This document shows, in pieces, positions 25,339 through 37,383 of a stretch of DNA of 64,000 nt (its first letter is position 1; each line of letters starts with the position of its first letter). The stretch covers positions 63,426,001-63,490,000 of the forward strand of contig NC_043009.1 in assembly GCF_006345805.1 (NCBI RefSeq), written 5' to 3'. Origin of the DNA: Octopus sinensis. Lineage: Eukaryota. The position numbers were made by a program, and so were the translations under genes. The notes under the pieces are model-generated. The model searched no databases, was not told where the DNA came from, and saw only the letters and a program-made list of their open reading frames with translations.

Positions 25339-25546
25339 CGTGTGTGTGTCTGTGTTTGTCCCCCCCCAACATCGCTTGACAACCGATGCTGGTGTGTTTA
25401 CGTCCTCGTAACTTAGCGGTTCGGCAAAATACACCGACTGAATAAGTACTAGGCTCACAAAGAATAAGTCCTGGGGGGCGATTTGCTCGACTAAAGGCGT
25501 TGCTCCAGCATGGCCGCAGTCAAATGACGGAAACAAGTAAAGAGTA
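25093..25546 (+). mobile_element. SINE family B full copy
   Basis: Near-identical to 3485-3894. Confidence 0.92.
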
Positions 25547-26116
25547 TAATACTCAAAACATGTCTTATATTTATATAAAGCCATCGAATGATAACAGCAA
25601 ACAGAAATAGATGACGTGACATTCATGCCTGTCTTTTAGTGATCTTTCGTTCCTCTACCGAGTCAACTAATATATATACAGCGTAAATCTCTCAAATAAA
25701 ACCTCAAAAATAATAGCACACTGATCTTAACATACTTGATGTTAGGAAACCCTTTCAGGGGCAAAAGTCGTGGAATTGCGGTGTCTGAAGGGAATATAAA
25801 ACAACTTTCTCCATTGAAAATTTCATACTTTATTGAAACTAGCATAGTCTTCATTTTTGCATTGCATGAGATTTTCGCTTCATTTCTAACATAATGGAAT
25901 AAAATCGACATTTTCGACATTTTAATGGCAGACGAGGAACAATACGCACATAATGCATACATACTTACAAACAAACACACGCATATACACATATATACAG
26001 ATATACGTACATGCATATACACATGTACATACGTACCTATGCATGCATGCGTGCATGTATGCATACATGATGTATATATATATATATATATAATATATAT
26101 ATATATGCGTGTATGC

Positions 26117-26154
<38 letters not shown>

Positions 26155-26158
<4 letters not shown>

Positions 26159-26258
26159 GGTAAGAAACTTGTTTCCCAACCACAAGATTCCATGTTCATT
26201 CCCACTGCGTGGCACCTTCTGGATGGATTTGATAGACAGAAACTGGAAGAAGTTCATC

Positions 26259-26262
<4 letters not shown>
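26155..26262 (+). mobile_element. SINE family B, deleted 5' half, within a (TA)n field (26060-26495)
   Basis: GTGGTAAG...CCCACTGCGTGGCACC...GAAACTGGAAGAAG. Confidence 0.7.
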
Positions 26263-26331
<69 letters not shown>

Positions 26332-26364
26332 GCATGTATGTATTTATGTATGTATGTATGTATG

Positions 26365-26427
<63 letters not shown>

Positions 26428-26688
26428 TATATATATATAGATATATATATTATATATATATAATATATATATATATAATTATATATATATATATATGTAA
26501 ACAGTCGCCATGATTGATCGCTAAATCCACAAGTTTTTTATTAATTCTGTTATTTCCTTATATTCCTTTCAGTTGAAAGCGTAGATCGAAACGTAAAAGT
26601 CTTTCTCACTTTTCGACCGTCAAACTAATACACCTGCTTATTGTTCATACACTTGTCTCCATATTTTGTTTTCCTGTAAAGTTTTTAC

Positions 26689-26722
<34 letters not shown>

Positions 26723-26956
26723 ACACCACACACCACACACACACCACACACACCTATACACACACACATACACACATATAACTATATATATATATAATAT
26801 AATATAATATATATAATGATATGTATGTATGTATGTATGTGTGTTCTTCGGTGTTTGCAAATAACACGAGAAAAATAATAAACAGTTACCAGGGTAGCAA
26901 AATGATGAGTCATCCCATTCTGTTAAAATGTCTTGTCGATGTGTTTGTTTCTTTCT

Positions 26957-27023
26957 TTCCCTGATGAGAAGATTTTATTCCTTCAGGAGTAATACCAATG
27001 TTGTCTTCGAACATATGTCGGAA
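26957..27023 (+). ncRNA. Type-I hammerhead-ribozyme-like motif (one A missing from GAAA)
   Basis: TTCC-CTGATGA-GAAGA-(31 nt)-TCTTC-GA-ACATATGT-C-GGAA; stems I and II pair perfectly, stem III AC/GT with ATAT loop. Confidence 0.6.
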
Positions 27024-27047
27024 GTAAAAGAATTTGAATAACCTGGG

Positions 27048-27121
<74 letters not shown>

Positions 27122-27124
27122 ATA

Positions 27125-27308
27125 AAAATATTAAAATCATATTTCTGGGATTAATCTCACTAGAGAGGGAAAGAATTTAAGCTTAGAAAATATTGTTTGT
27201 TGTCTGAATCATCACGGCAAACTCATAGAACTAACACAATATTTTCTAAGGGTAAATTCTTTCCCTCTCTGATGAGATTGATTCCAGAAATATGAACTCT
27301 AATATTTT
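27125..27308. mobile_element. MITE-like foldback, ~70-bp arms
   Basis: TCATATTTCTGG..AATCTCA..AGAGAGGGAAAGAATTTA..CTTAGAAAATATTGT / ACAATATTTTCTAAG..TAAATTCTTTCCCTCTCT..TGAGATT..CCAGAAATATGA. Confidence 0.8.
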
Positions 27309-27704
27309 TAGATTTCAGTGTGCTTAATTGGAACAGCTGTATGAGATAAAGGTCGATTTTTGTTGATAATAAACTCTTAACTTCAATATCTCCATTTCTT
27401 TTTCTTCATTTATATGACTATAATCCATGGGTTATATATAAACCTATTTTAAGGATATTTACCTCTCCCACCAAATATTAGGTATTGAACCAGTATTTCA
27501 TTGGATGGTACCATCCCTTTATGAGGCTATTATAACCTCTATTTGAATTGCGTGTATGTATGTATGTATGTATATATATATATATATAATATATATACAT
27601 ATACATAAATACGAGAGTTATTGGTATCTAGAAGAAGAAAAGAGTGTCAGGTAACGCTAAGTAAGTGTCCCATAATAATTCGAACTCAAATATTTTCTCA
27701 CGCC

Positions 27705-27752
27705 GTCTCTGATGAAGGGATGTCCTTAATATCCCAGAAACAGCTGTAAGAC
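27705..27752 (+). ncRNA. Minimal type-I hammerhead-ribozyme-like motif
   Basis: GTCT-CTGATGA-A-GGGAT-gtccttaat-ATCCC-A-GAAAC-AGCT-GTA-AGAC; A/A mismatch at the base of stem II. Confidence 0.6.
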
Positions 27753-27835
27753 TATTTCATTATAAATGTCTTGAAAAACTCCTCACATCCTTGGATTTGT
27801 TATCGGAATTCTGTCTAATATATATATATATATAT

Positions 27836-28092
27836 TGAACAGAATATGTGTATGTGTGAGTGTGATTTTGTGCCTGCGTTTGTCCCCCTGCCATCACTTG
27901 ACAACCGATGTTGGTGTGCTTACGTCCCCGCAACATAGCGCTTCAGCAAAAGATACTGATAAAATAAGTACTAGGCTTACAAATAATAAGTCCCGCCGGG
28001 GCCGGTTTCTTCAATTGAAAAAACAAAACCTTCTAGGCGGCGCTCCAGCCTGTCCTCAGTCAAATGTCGGAAACAAGTGAGAGAGTAAGAGA
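27836..28092 (+). mobile_element. SINE family B, 3' half
   Basis: CTTGACAACCGATGTTGGTGTG...AAGTACTAGGCTTACAA...GGAAACAAGTGAGAGAG. Confidence 0.8.
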
Positions 28093-28809
28093 CTATGTCT
28101 TCTGCGTTGGTTATAAACAGTCGCCATTTTATTATTTACGACTGTTTGTTGAGGTGTCAAAGTGACAGTCTGTTACTATTTTTCACCCATCCTTTCTCTT
28201 ATAACACAAACATAACAACATTATCATTAACAATGTACACGTTATACTCTTTATTTCTCTTTCTCTCTCTCTCATAGTCCCTACAACTTTCCATTACAAG
28301 TATAATTTTCACATGATGTGAATGGATTTGATTTCAGCTTCCAGCTCAGCTGACCGCATAATGTTCATTGTTGATTTTATGAGTTTCTTTCATGACAAGA
28401 AATTACTGTAAAATATCGCATGTCAGATGGGTTTTTGTAATAAAAAATAAGGCAGAAATATAAGAATTTGCTATTAATTCTCCGCAACCATTAGCTTTAT
28501 CACTTCTTTTTTTAATAGGGTATCCATTCAGTTTCCAAACAACTTTCCAAGGTTCATCCTAGAATGACGTCTGTCTACATTCTGTAGTAGATATGGTAAC
28601 GACAATGGCAAAACAATAAGTTGATCCATTCATCCATCCATCCATCCACATACACACACACACACACACATATGCATGCATGCACACATACATACATAGG
28701 TATATCCATGGATCATCCGTCCATACATGCATACATACAATGTAATAATACATACATGCATCCATGCATCAATACATACATATACATACAGATAGACGTT
28801 GGAGAGCTA

Positions 28810-28812
28810 CAT

Positions 28813-28854
<42 letters not shown>

Positions 28855-28887
28855 GCAGACAGACAGACAGACAGACAGATAGATAGG

Positions 28888-28945
<58 letters not shown>

Positions 28946-29019
28946 TGGCAGGCAGGCGGACTGACGGACTGACGGACTGATGGACGGACGGACAAATGGA
29001 TGGAATGCTAGCTAGACAA

Positions 29020-29068
<49 letters not shown>

Positions 29069-29110
29069 GAGATAGAGAGAGAGAGAGATAGATAGATAGA
29101 TAGATAGATA
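28810..29110. repeat. Compound (GACA)n(GATA)n(GACT/GACG)n(GATA)n
   Basis: Direct reading. Confidence 0.95.
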
Positions 29111-29800
29111 AATATGCAAAAATACATTTTCTCAAATTCATAAATCTGTCAAAGAGAATATTCCAAGATTACTGTTGCTTCTGTGTGTTTTGGCCTTTAT
29201 TCACAGTCACATCTACGAAAATTCACTTAGGTCCTTGAGTTCGACGCCGTCCAGAAATCACAAATGTAACCCAGACGATCTCACTATCTAGTTATCATAT
29301 TTGAGAATATATCTCGGTAAGACTGGCTCACCAAATTACAAATCTATGAGCTTCACAATAAGTGCCACACTTAGCTAGGTATTGATGGAAATATATCGCA
29401 TAAAAGGTGTTATGAAGAAAGTAAGAGTAACCACATACTATTCTTCACACAAAAAAGAAAACGAGTAAAAATGGATACGACAGAGCTTTCTTCTCAAACA
29501 AGACAATATCCCACAATACATTAGCAACATCAGTTCTGATACCAACATTTGGGTGCATGATTGGTCAGTAGAAGAAATCATTAAAATCCGCAAGATCCTT
29601 CCATGAACTGCAAACTTCTGCAGAAACTACGATAATGGGAAAAGTCTCTACCAGCAGAAAATATGAATAAACCCAGGCGTTTCACCGCATCGAAAATATT
29701 TCGGGCAGAGATATTTAGTTCACCTACAAAGAGATTATGGCTTAATGCAGACAGCCTTTGCGTGTGGTATGGTACCATTTAGATGGTAACTGCTTAACTG

Positions 29801-30406
29801 GCTAAGGCGGCGAGCTGGCAGAAACGTTAGCACGCCGGGCGAAATGCTTAGCGGTATTTCGTCTGCCGTTACGTTCTGAGTTCAAATTCCGCCGAGGTCG
29901 ACTTTACCTTTCATCCTTTCGGGGTCGACAAATTAAGTACCAGTTACGCACTGGGGTCGATGTAATCGACTTAATACCTATGTTTGTCCTTGTTTGTCCT
30001 CTCTGTGTTTAGCCCCTTGTGGGTAGTAAAGAAATAGGTATTTCGTCTGCCGTTACGTTCTGAGTTCAAATTCCGCCGAGGTCGACTTTGCCTTTCCTCC
30101 TTTCGGGGTCGATAAATTAAGTACCAGTTACGCACTGGGGTCGATATAATCGACTTAATCCGTTTATCTGTCCTTGTTTGTCCCCTCTGTGTTTAGCCCC
30201 TTGTGGGTAATAAAGAAATAGGTATTTCGTCTGCCGCCGTTACGTTCTGAGTTCAAATTCCGCCGAGGTCGACTTTGCCTTTCATACTTTCGGGGTCGAT
30301 AAATTAAGTACAGTTACGCACTTGGGTCGATATAATCGACTTAATCCGTTTGTCTGTCCTTGTTTGTCCCCTCTGTGTTTAGCCCCTTGTGGGTAGTAAA
30401 GAAATA
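29801..30406 (+). mobile_element. SINE family A trimer within one 16-bp TSD
   Basis: GGTAACTGCTTAACTG at 29785-29800 and 30407-30422; one head, three ~184-bp bodies. Confidence 0.95.
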
Positions 30407-30422
30407 GGTAACTGCTTAACTG

Positions 30423-30645
30423 ATTCTCCGTCGATTACGACGATGAGGGTTCCAACTGATCCAATCAATGGAAAAGCCCGGCTCATGAAATTAATGTACA
30501 AGCGTTCCATTGGCGTAGTTCTCGGGGAGATTCAGCGTGACACAGAATGCGACTGGGCTGGCCCTTTGAATTACAGTCACAGCTCCTTTTTGTCAGTTGA
30601 GTGGATTGGAGCAATGTGAAATAAAGTGTCTTGTTCAAGACTTGC
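30423..30645 (-). mobile_element. SINE family C 3' tail plus CORE-like block (target of the trimer)
   Basis: Similar to 51545-51710 (CTCCGTCG.TTACGACGA.GAGGGTTCC...GATTCAGCGTGACACAG). Confidence 0.75.
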
Positions 30646-31141
30646 TTAGCAACAACAGCAGAAATAAATTGCAAACACGAAAAGGTTACGCCGGGTATGT
30701 TACCAAGAAACATGATGAGGATGATTATGTTTACATGAAATTTAGCCTCCGGGACTCGTGACCGTTACATCACGTTACATCTCAAAGGTTATGCTTTTGA
30801 AATCTAAGAGCAGGAGATAGCAACGAAATATCTTTTGAATAAAACTGACAGTCAGGCCCTTAAAACACCCAAGGCACAGCTGTAAATGCCTATTATGTTT
30901 CTTTGTTAGAAATCAGTTTTGTTCCGTGCAAGAAGAATTCAAATAATTTTATAAAAGACATACATACATGCATACACACATGCACACACCACACTCACAC
31001 ATCACACAAACGAACATACACATACACTTCCCATTCCCCTACACACACACGCGCGCGTATACTTTTTCAGTTAATTCAACGGGCTGAAGCTTTTCTATAT
31101 CAATAAGCTTGGCGCATTTTTGGCCCGTGAGATGGCAGCTG

Positions 31142-31349
31142 TTGTTGTTGTTGTTGTTAAGCAACAAGACGGGTAAGGGTGATTAGGTGATGGTCTAGGG
31201 CTTAGGGGTGGGAGACCCCAGACCTTGGAAAAAAAAACTTTGGTCGTCTTGTTGTAGTCGAGGGCTCTTCGTCGACGCCTGACACCACTGGGAGGTGGCC
31301 CTCGAAGTCGCTGGAAATGGAGATCTCCAGGTCCAAATTCTTGAACGGC
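31142..31349 (-). mobile_element. 5'-truncated retro-insertion with (CAA)n tail and 14-bp TSD
   Basis: TGAGATGGCAGCTG at 31128-31141 and 31350-31363. Confidence 0.88.
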
Positions 31350-31591
31350 TGAGATGGCAGCTGATGCCTTGAGTGGTATTTCTATTGTACAAGTATCTTT
31401 CACTTTCATCTGACCGAAGCATCGATACCTTTGCAGCACTTTTATTCTCCTTAAAATTAATATTATCCCTTGCTGGCCATTCAAAATTTAATGACGATGT
31501 GAGTGCTGTGAGAATATATACAGGCATGAGAAGATGGAAGCATAATAGATAGCAAGAGATTTAATTTTGCTTAACATTTTCTTGAATTTTA

Positions 31592-31853
31592 TTGTCTGGG
31601 GGGGGGGGTCATTCCGTTTTAATGCCTTATTAATTAACACATTCACCGGTTCGATTTCCACTCATTTACTTATCTATTTTTTCTGAAATTTTCGTTGCTT
31701 CTCGCAACCTCTTCAATAGTAGTCAACGACTGTTGAAGAGGTTGCAAGAAGCAACGAAGATTTGAGAAAAAATACATAAGTAAATGAGAGGAAATCGAAC
31801 CGGTGAATGTGTTAATTAATAAGGCATTAAAAGAGAATGACTCTTCCCAGACA
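31592..31853. repeat. ~260-bp imperfect palindrome (MITE-like), ~130-bp arms, almost no spacer
   Basis: TTTTAATGCCTTATTAATTAACACATTCACCGGTTCGATTTCC... / ...GGAAATCGAACCGGTGAATGTGTTAATTAATAAGGCATTAAAA. Confidence 0.9.
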
Positions 31854-34184
31854 CAATGAAATATGCTTCAACACACGAATTCATATAAAGAATCTTGTAA
31901 ACCAGATACATAAACGAAATTTTCATTGAATTTTGACGGCAACATTAACTGAGTTGAATCTCACGCGTCTGAGCAGCTTTATTTTTTTTTAAAAAAGCAC
32001 TGTTCGCCTATATTTTTAGGGAGCATGAGGAAAGGTACTAACATTGCTACAAGGAGGGGCCGAGGTCGGCCACGGGTGACGCTTTTACGAAGGCTGCTCT
32101 TCTGAGTTTTCTGTATAAGCCTGTATAGGTTGTTTACCAAGGAGCGCGGAAAATTTAAGGGCTGCCTCAGATGACATACGCTTTAGCTGCGCCACTGAGA
32201 AAAGGTGTCCCGAACATTACTTTCCCAGCAAGTGGATCACTTTACAGCCCTCGACGGGTTTTCATTTCAGCGAGGGAACAAAAGGGATTACATAAACAAA
32301 GGTTATAGCTACATAAGTGCTGTTGGGATATGAGAACATTATTGGATGGTGACATTACTTGTAGGCCTCAATGCTAAACTGCCCTTGTTGCAGTAGAGCT
32401 TAATCGATATAAGCACCTAGTAGAGCTTAATCGATCGACGCATTGTCTCGATGTTTTGCAATGGCTGGGATTTGAGTTCCTCGTTGAAGGGGATCTTCTG
32501 TTGGCATCGATAGTAGAATGCATTCAGTGTTTTTACCAACCTTCACTAATATTTTCCATGTTCCACTGACATATATAATCGTTGGGAGAGCTATTGCACT
32601 ATGTGTGTGTGTGAAAGAGAGTAATTACTCAGGGTAGGCAGTTAGCGACCTTTATTTAGTAAAACACACAAAAAATAAGCGAAACACAGGCGCGCGACTG
32701 AGTTGAAGGCAGATTTATTTTTGCCGTTAGAGCACGTAAAGAGAACGGTGTTGTAGGAATGTACGCAGCATGTGTACTATAGCAGTACTCTGCGTGGCTT
32801 AAATACTGAGATTGAAAAGCAGGGGCGAATTATGCCAAATCTACCTAATCAACAAAAAATTTAATATTTTGCATTTTATGCACAGTAATCAGACTAACCT
32901 TCATAATTTTATTGAATTAGGTGCATATTTTGCCATGAGAGGAAAATATTGCAATCGATCTATTTTATTCAAGGTAGGCCCTGCCTACCTTGCCTACATA
33001 GGTAGTACGTCCCTGATATATAAAAGGATCTTTCATGCCATCACTGAGTTGCTTGTTATTCCTAATTGCTGCATACGGTTAGTTTCCCAATTCAAATGTT
33101 TACATGCCTTTCTATGCAAACATCGCCACTGATCACATTGCCCAGGTGGTAGAAACTGTCCACAGCCAGCTTTCTGATGAAGGTGAAAGGTTGGGTTATG
33201 GAAGCATTTGGCCTGTTCACATGCTATACAGGCACAGAGACACACTCATATAAATACATTATTTATCTACCTATATCTATACCTAACTGTTTATCTCTCT
33301 CCCTCTCTCTATATATGTATACTTGTATATATATATATTATGTGTACTGCTCCGTGATGGTGCGATCAACAAAATATGGACTCCATTTGGTGAGAGATAT
33401 CATTTGATAATCACAGTATATATTTTTATGAGCAACTATTAGTTTCATGTCATAAAAACATCTCAGACAGTATTTTTTAACACATCTGGTGCCTTCGCGC
33501 AATCCTCAGGCTGTGCCCACTTGGCATCACAAGCTAAAAACAGGACGATAGAATGAGAGAAAAAACGAGAAAAGGCAAGAAAAAAATATAGATGTAAAAG
33601 GTGGAAGGTTGAAAAATCGGAAAACGAAAAAGAAATATAAGAAATATATACATACATATACATACACATATACTCAAACTCGTTCACACACACAAATAAT
33701 GCATACAGATCTACACAGGCATTAGTTTTGTTGTTATATATAAACAGACACAAATGTGAAGAATTATTAGATTTCTTTATAATTCAGAAGGTATATTCTT
33801 CCAATGATTTCATAAATTCTATTTTTCATTCTTATTTTGCAATAAAATGTTTCTTGGTTTTTCTGATTGAAAATCCCAGGTTTTCTTCACTACAAGAGCC
33901 TGGTTAAGAGTCTATACAGTTACGTGACAAAGCTCGGGTAAATCGCATTTATGTTATAAAAGAAACGAACATGTTTCAGGGAGTGCTTAAAGACTCAGAG
34001 GTTCATAAAATCAACTATTTGTTGTTGCAAATCACTATTTTTGGCATTGATTTAAGTCTAACTTAACGACTATGTTGATAAATAGTTGGTATGAACTAGT
34101 TAAGATTAGTAAATACCAATTATATATATATATATATATAGATCAATAAATGGTGGGGTTGTGTTGACCGCACGTGGAGAAATG

Positions 34185-34957
34185 ATAAGTAAGGAAAAAT
34201 TTTTTTAAAAATGCAGAATGCTCAAATGAAAGAAAATTTTAATAAAATGAGAAAATGATAAAATATATAAATATATATTTATTCAACCGGTTTTCGTCAT
34301 TGTATGACTTGTCAAGAATATTTATGTTTTAGAAGTTATTTTAAAAATTAGAAAGGGGAAAAAAGAAATTGCATTGTTTTTTGTAAAAGAATAAGATAAA
34401 AAAAAAATGTACAAAAATTAAAAAATAAGTTCTCCGATACATTGTGAGTTCGTTGTGTATCTTGAGTTTTATGGTTGTTTTACCAAAAAATTACCTTGAG
34501 GTGTTAAGATCCAAAGGGATTAAGAGCATGTGATGTGTTGTGTTGTTAAATTCAGCATGTTGCAGGACAGGACTTCCCTGTCCTGCAACATGCTGAATTT
34601 AACAACACAACACATCACATGCTCTTAATCCCTTTGGATCTTAACACCTCAAGGTAATTTTTTGGTAAACAACCATAAAATCAAGATACACAACGAACTC
34701 ACAATGTATCGGAGAACTTATTTTTTAATTTTTGTACATTTTTATCATTATTCTTTTACAAAAACAATGCAATTTTCTTTTTTCCCCTTTCTAATTTTTA
34801 AAATAACTTCTTAAAACATAAATATTCTTGACAAGTCATACAATGACGAAAACCGGTTGAATAAATATATATTTATATATTTTATCATTTTCTCATTTTA
34901 TTAACATTTTTCTTTCATTGAGCATTCTGCATTTTTAAAAAATTTTTCCTTACTTAT
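34185..34957. repeat. 773-bp near-perfect palindrome, ~387-bp arms, 5-nt loop
   Basis: Centre ...TGTTGCAGGACAGG-ACTTC-CCTGTCCTGCAACA...; arms differ mainly by small indels. Confidence 0.97.
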
Positions 34958-35173
34958 ATATATATATATATATATATATATAGATGAGAAAGTTGGTTTG
35001 TAAACATAACGATGTAAGAAATTTGAAAGCTGAACGCGAAACCGTCATTTCTTCTAAACTATGTCATTGTAAGAAAAAAATTTATAATATTCTTCAGACA
35101 TATTGACTCAATATATATTTTTTAACCTTTTAAAACAAGCCTTCTGTAGTTTTTTCACTTTTTAACTATTTTC

Positions 35174-35207
<34 letters not shown>

Positions 35208-35559
35208 ATATAGATATATATATATATATTATATATATATATTTCTAACTGCGTCGACGCGGTTGTTTAGAAAATTGGGATATACAGGCAACTAGTTTAC
35301 ATGCGAATCTAGTTGTGTGTACATTTGAAATCTAAAGGCTCCCTACTGACGAAAACTAGCCTCAGTAAAATTTTTTTACTGGAATGAGTTAGAAACCACG
35401 GATGTCTATAGGAACTAAGTTAGATGGTAAAACGTTTTTTTAATTTTCAATCCTTTCGAGAATTTATCCATAATTAGTGGTTTGAGTTTTCAACTGCTCT
35501 TTCTAGCACAATGCTTTCCCATTCGGAAGCCTCTTAATGTGTTCTAATGTACACGATAT

Positions 35560-35724
35560 TTTTATGTGATATATATATATATATATATAATATATATATA
35601 TAATATAGATATATATATATATAATATATATTCATATATATATATATATATATATATATCTATATAATTATATATAATATATACAATATATATATATATA
35701 TTATATATATTCATATATATATAA

Positions 35725-35774
<50 letters not shown>

Positions 35775-35800
35775 TTATATATATATATAGTATATATATA
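35560..35800. repeat. (TA)n field
   Basis: Direct reading. Confidence 0.95.
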
Positions 35801-37350
35801 TATTCCCATTCCCCGTCGTCCATCTGCGACGATACTTCCGTCGTAACTGCTATCCTGTCTTTTCTCGCCCGCCTCCTAAGGCTACTGGTCGACACATTTT
35901 CTCTCTCTCTCTCGTCGTCCACGATAATCCAGCGTTTGCAATACTTTTTTCGTCTGGCGTTACAGCCCTTCTTATCTTGTTCTCCTTGTCCTGTCTCTCA
36001 CTGTTATATTTTTATTTTTCCACTGTTTATATTATCTTTTTTACTGTTTATATGTTTGTACTGTCGTTACCGTCTTGCTTTTTTTTCCCCTCTGCGAAAG
36101 ATCTCAGAATTTTAATTGATTTGCTTTTTCGCGGGAAGGAAGTTTTCTTCGAAGTATACGTCTCGCTTTTATCCTTCGAAACGTTTAGTAGATGAAACCT
36201 TAGCGACTGAAGAAGGGGATTTTTCGTTGTGCTTACTGTCCTGTATATCTCTCTCTTTTTTTGCTTGTCTTGTTCCTTGGTTTGGTGTCTATGTGTTTCG
36301 TCTCTCTATGTGTTCGAACGTCTTTTTGGTGTCCTGTACACATATATGCGTGTATAGGTACATGTAGAGGTAGGTACGTACATATATGTTTATATATATG
36401 CATATGTTCTATTTTATTAACATATATATATATATACATAAAGTATTATATATATATATATATATATATATCTTTATGTATATATATATAGTGCCGAATG
36501 TAATTTCTTTGTTGAATGACGTAATCGACACTTACAAGACATGTAATCAGCAGCTTCCTAAAAACCTCAGCATGTAGCTACCTCCCATTGCAACGTGACG
36601 TTGTTGCTGAAACAGTGTGCAATGTCATGCACAGAAAAGACTATACTGCTCTAAATATAAACAATGCTTCTATTATTGAATGCATTCTTGTCAACGCTAG
36701 CAATATTTAGCGGAACTTTTCCAACAAAACTAACAAGTGCAAACATAATTTTGGTTTTGAATGTTCGCACAAAACCATCAATGTTTGAGGAAGGCGAAAG
36801 TCGATTATATCAGCCCCAGTGACCAACTGGTACTCAATTTATCGACCCCAAACAGTATAAAAGGCAAAATCAACCTCGAAGCCATTTTACAATGAACTTG
36901 CTGCACAAATACCGGTGCCGACATTTGAGATGCTTCAGTAAAGATTTGGAAGAGAAACACTGCATACTAAGCAGCCGGAATCGTGAAATTTGGGACTTCT
37001 TCTCTTGCAATCGAACTTACAAACTACGTTAGTCATTAGCAAGGCTGTAACTGTTAAATGATATTGGTCATCACAGCTCCGACTTTTATATTGGCCAAAC
37101 AGACACGATGCTCGTCCATTAGCTCTCCATACACTTACAACATGGAGAAACTGCAATATATTATACCACACAATAGGAAATAACACTAGATAGGAAAACA
37201 TTAGCGGACAACACATCAATACTCTATAGGGATTACCCACAAAAATAAACGAATAGTCTTAGAAATAATATTCATAATACAGCACAGTGAATAGAATAAA
37301 CACACAGATAACGTATACAATGGTATGTAGTCTTTCAACCAACTATGTAC

Positions 37351-37383
<33 letters not shown>

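Noticed and set aside
26565-26600. Third hammerhead (CAGTTGA...CGAAACGTAA)
   Set aside because: Core and stem II too degenerate
29470-29620. Tc1/mariner remnant (QDNIPQYIS)
   Set aside because: One short motif only; no TIRs seen
29801-30406. CRISPR-like repeat array
   Set aside because: Eukaryotic SINE multimer; no unique spacers, no cas genes
32050-32530. Tx1 RT remnant
   Set aside because: Similarity too degenerate to support by eye
36170-36222. Permuted hammerhead (GAAACG...CTGAAGA)
   Set aside because: Stem I cannot form; stem II is mismatched
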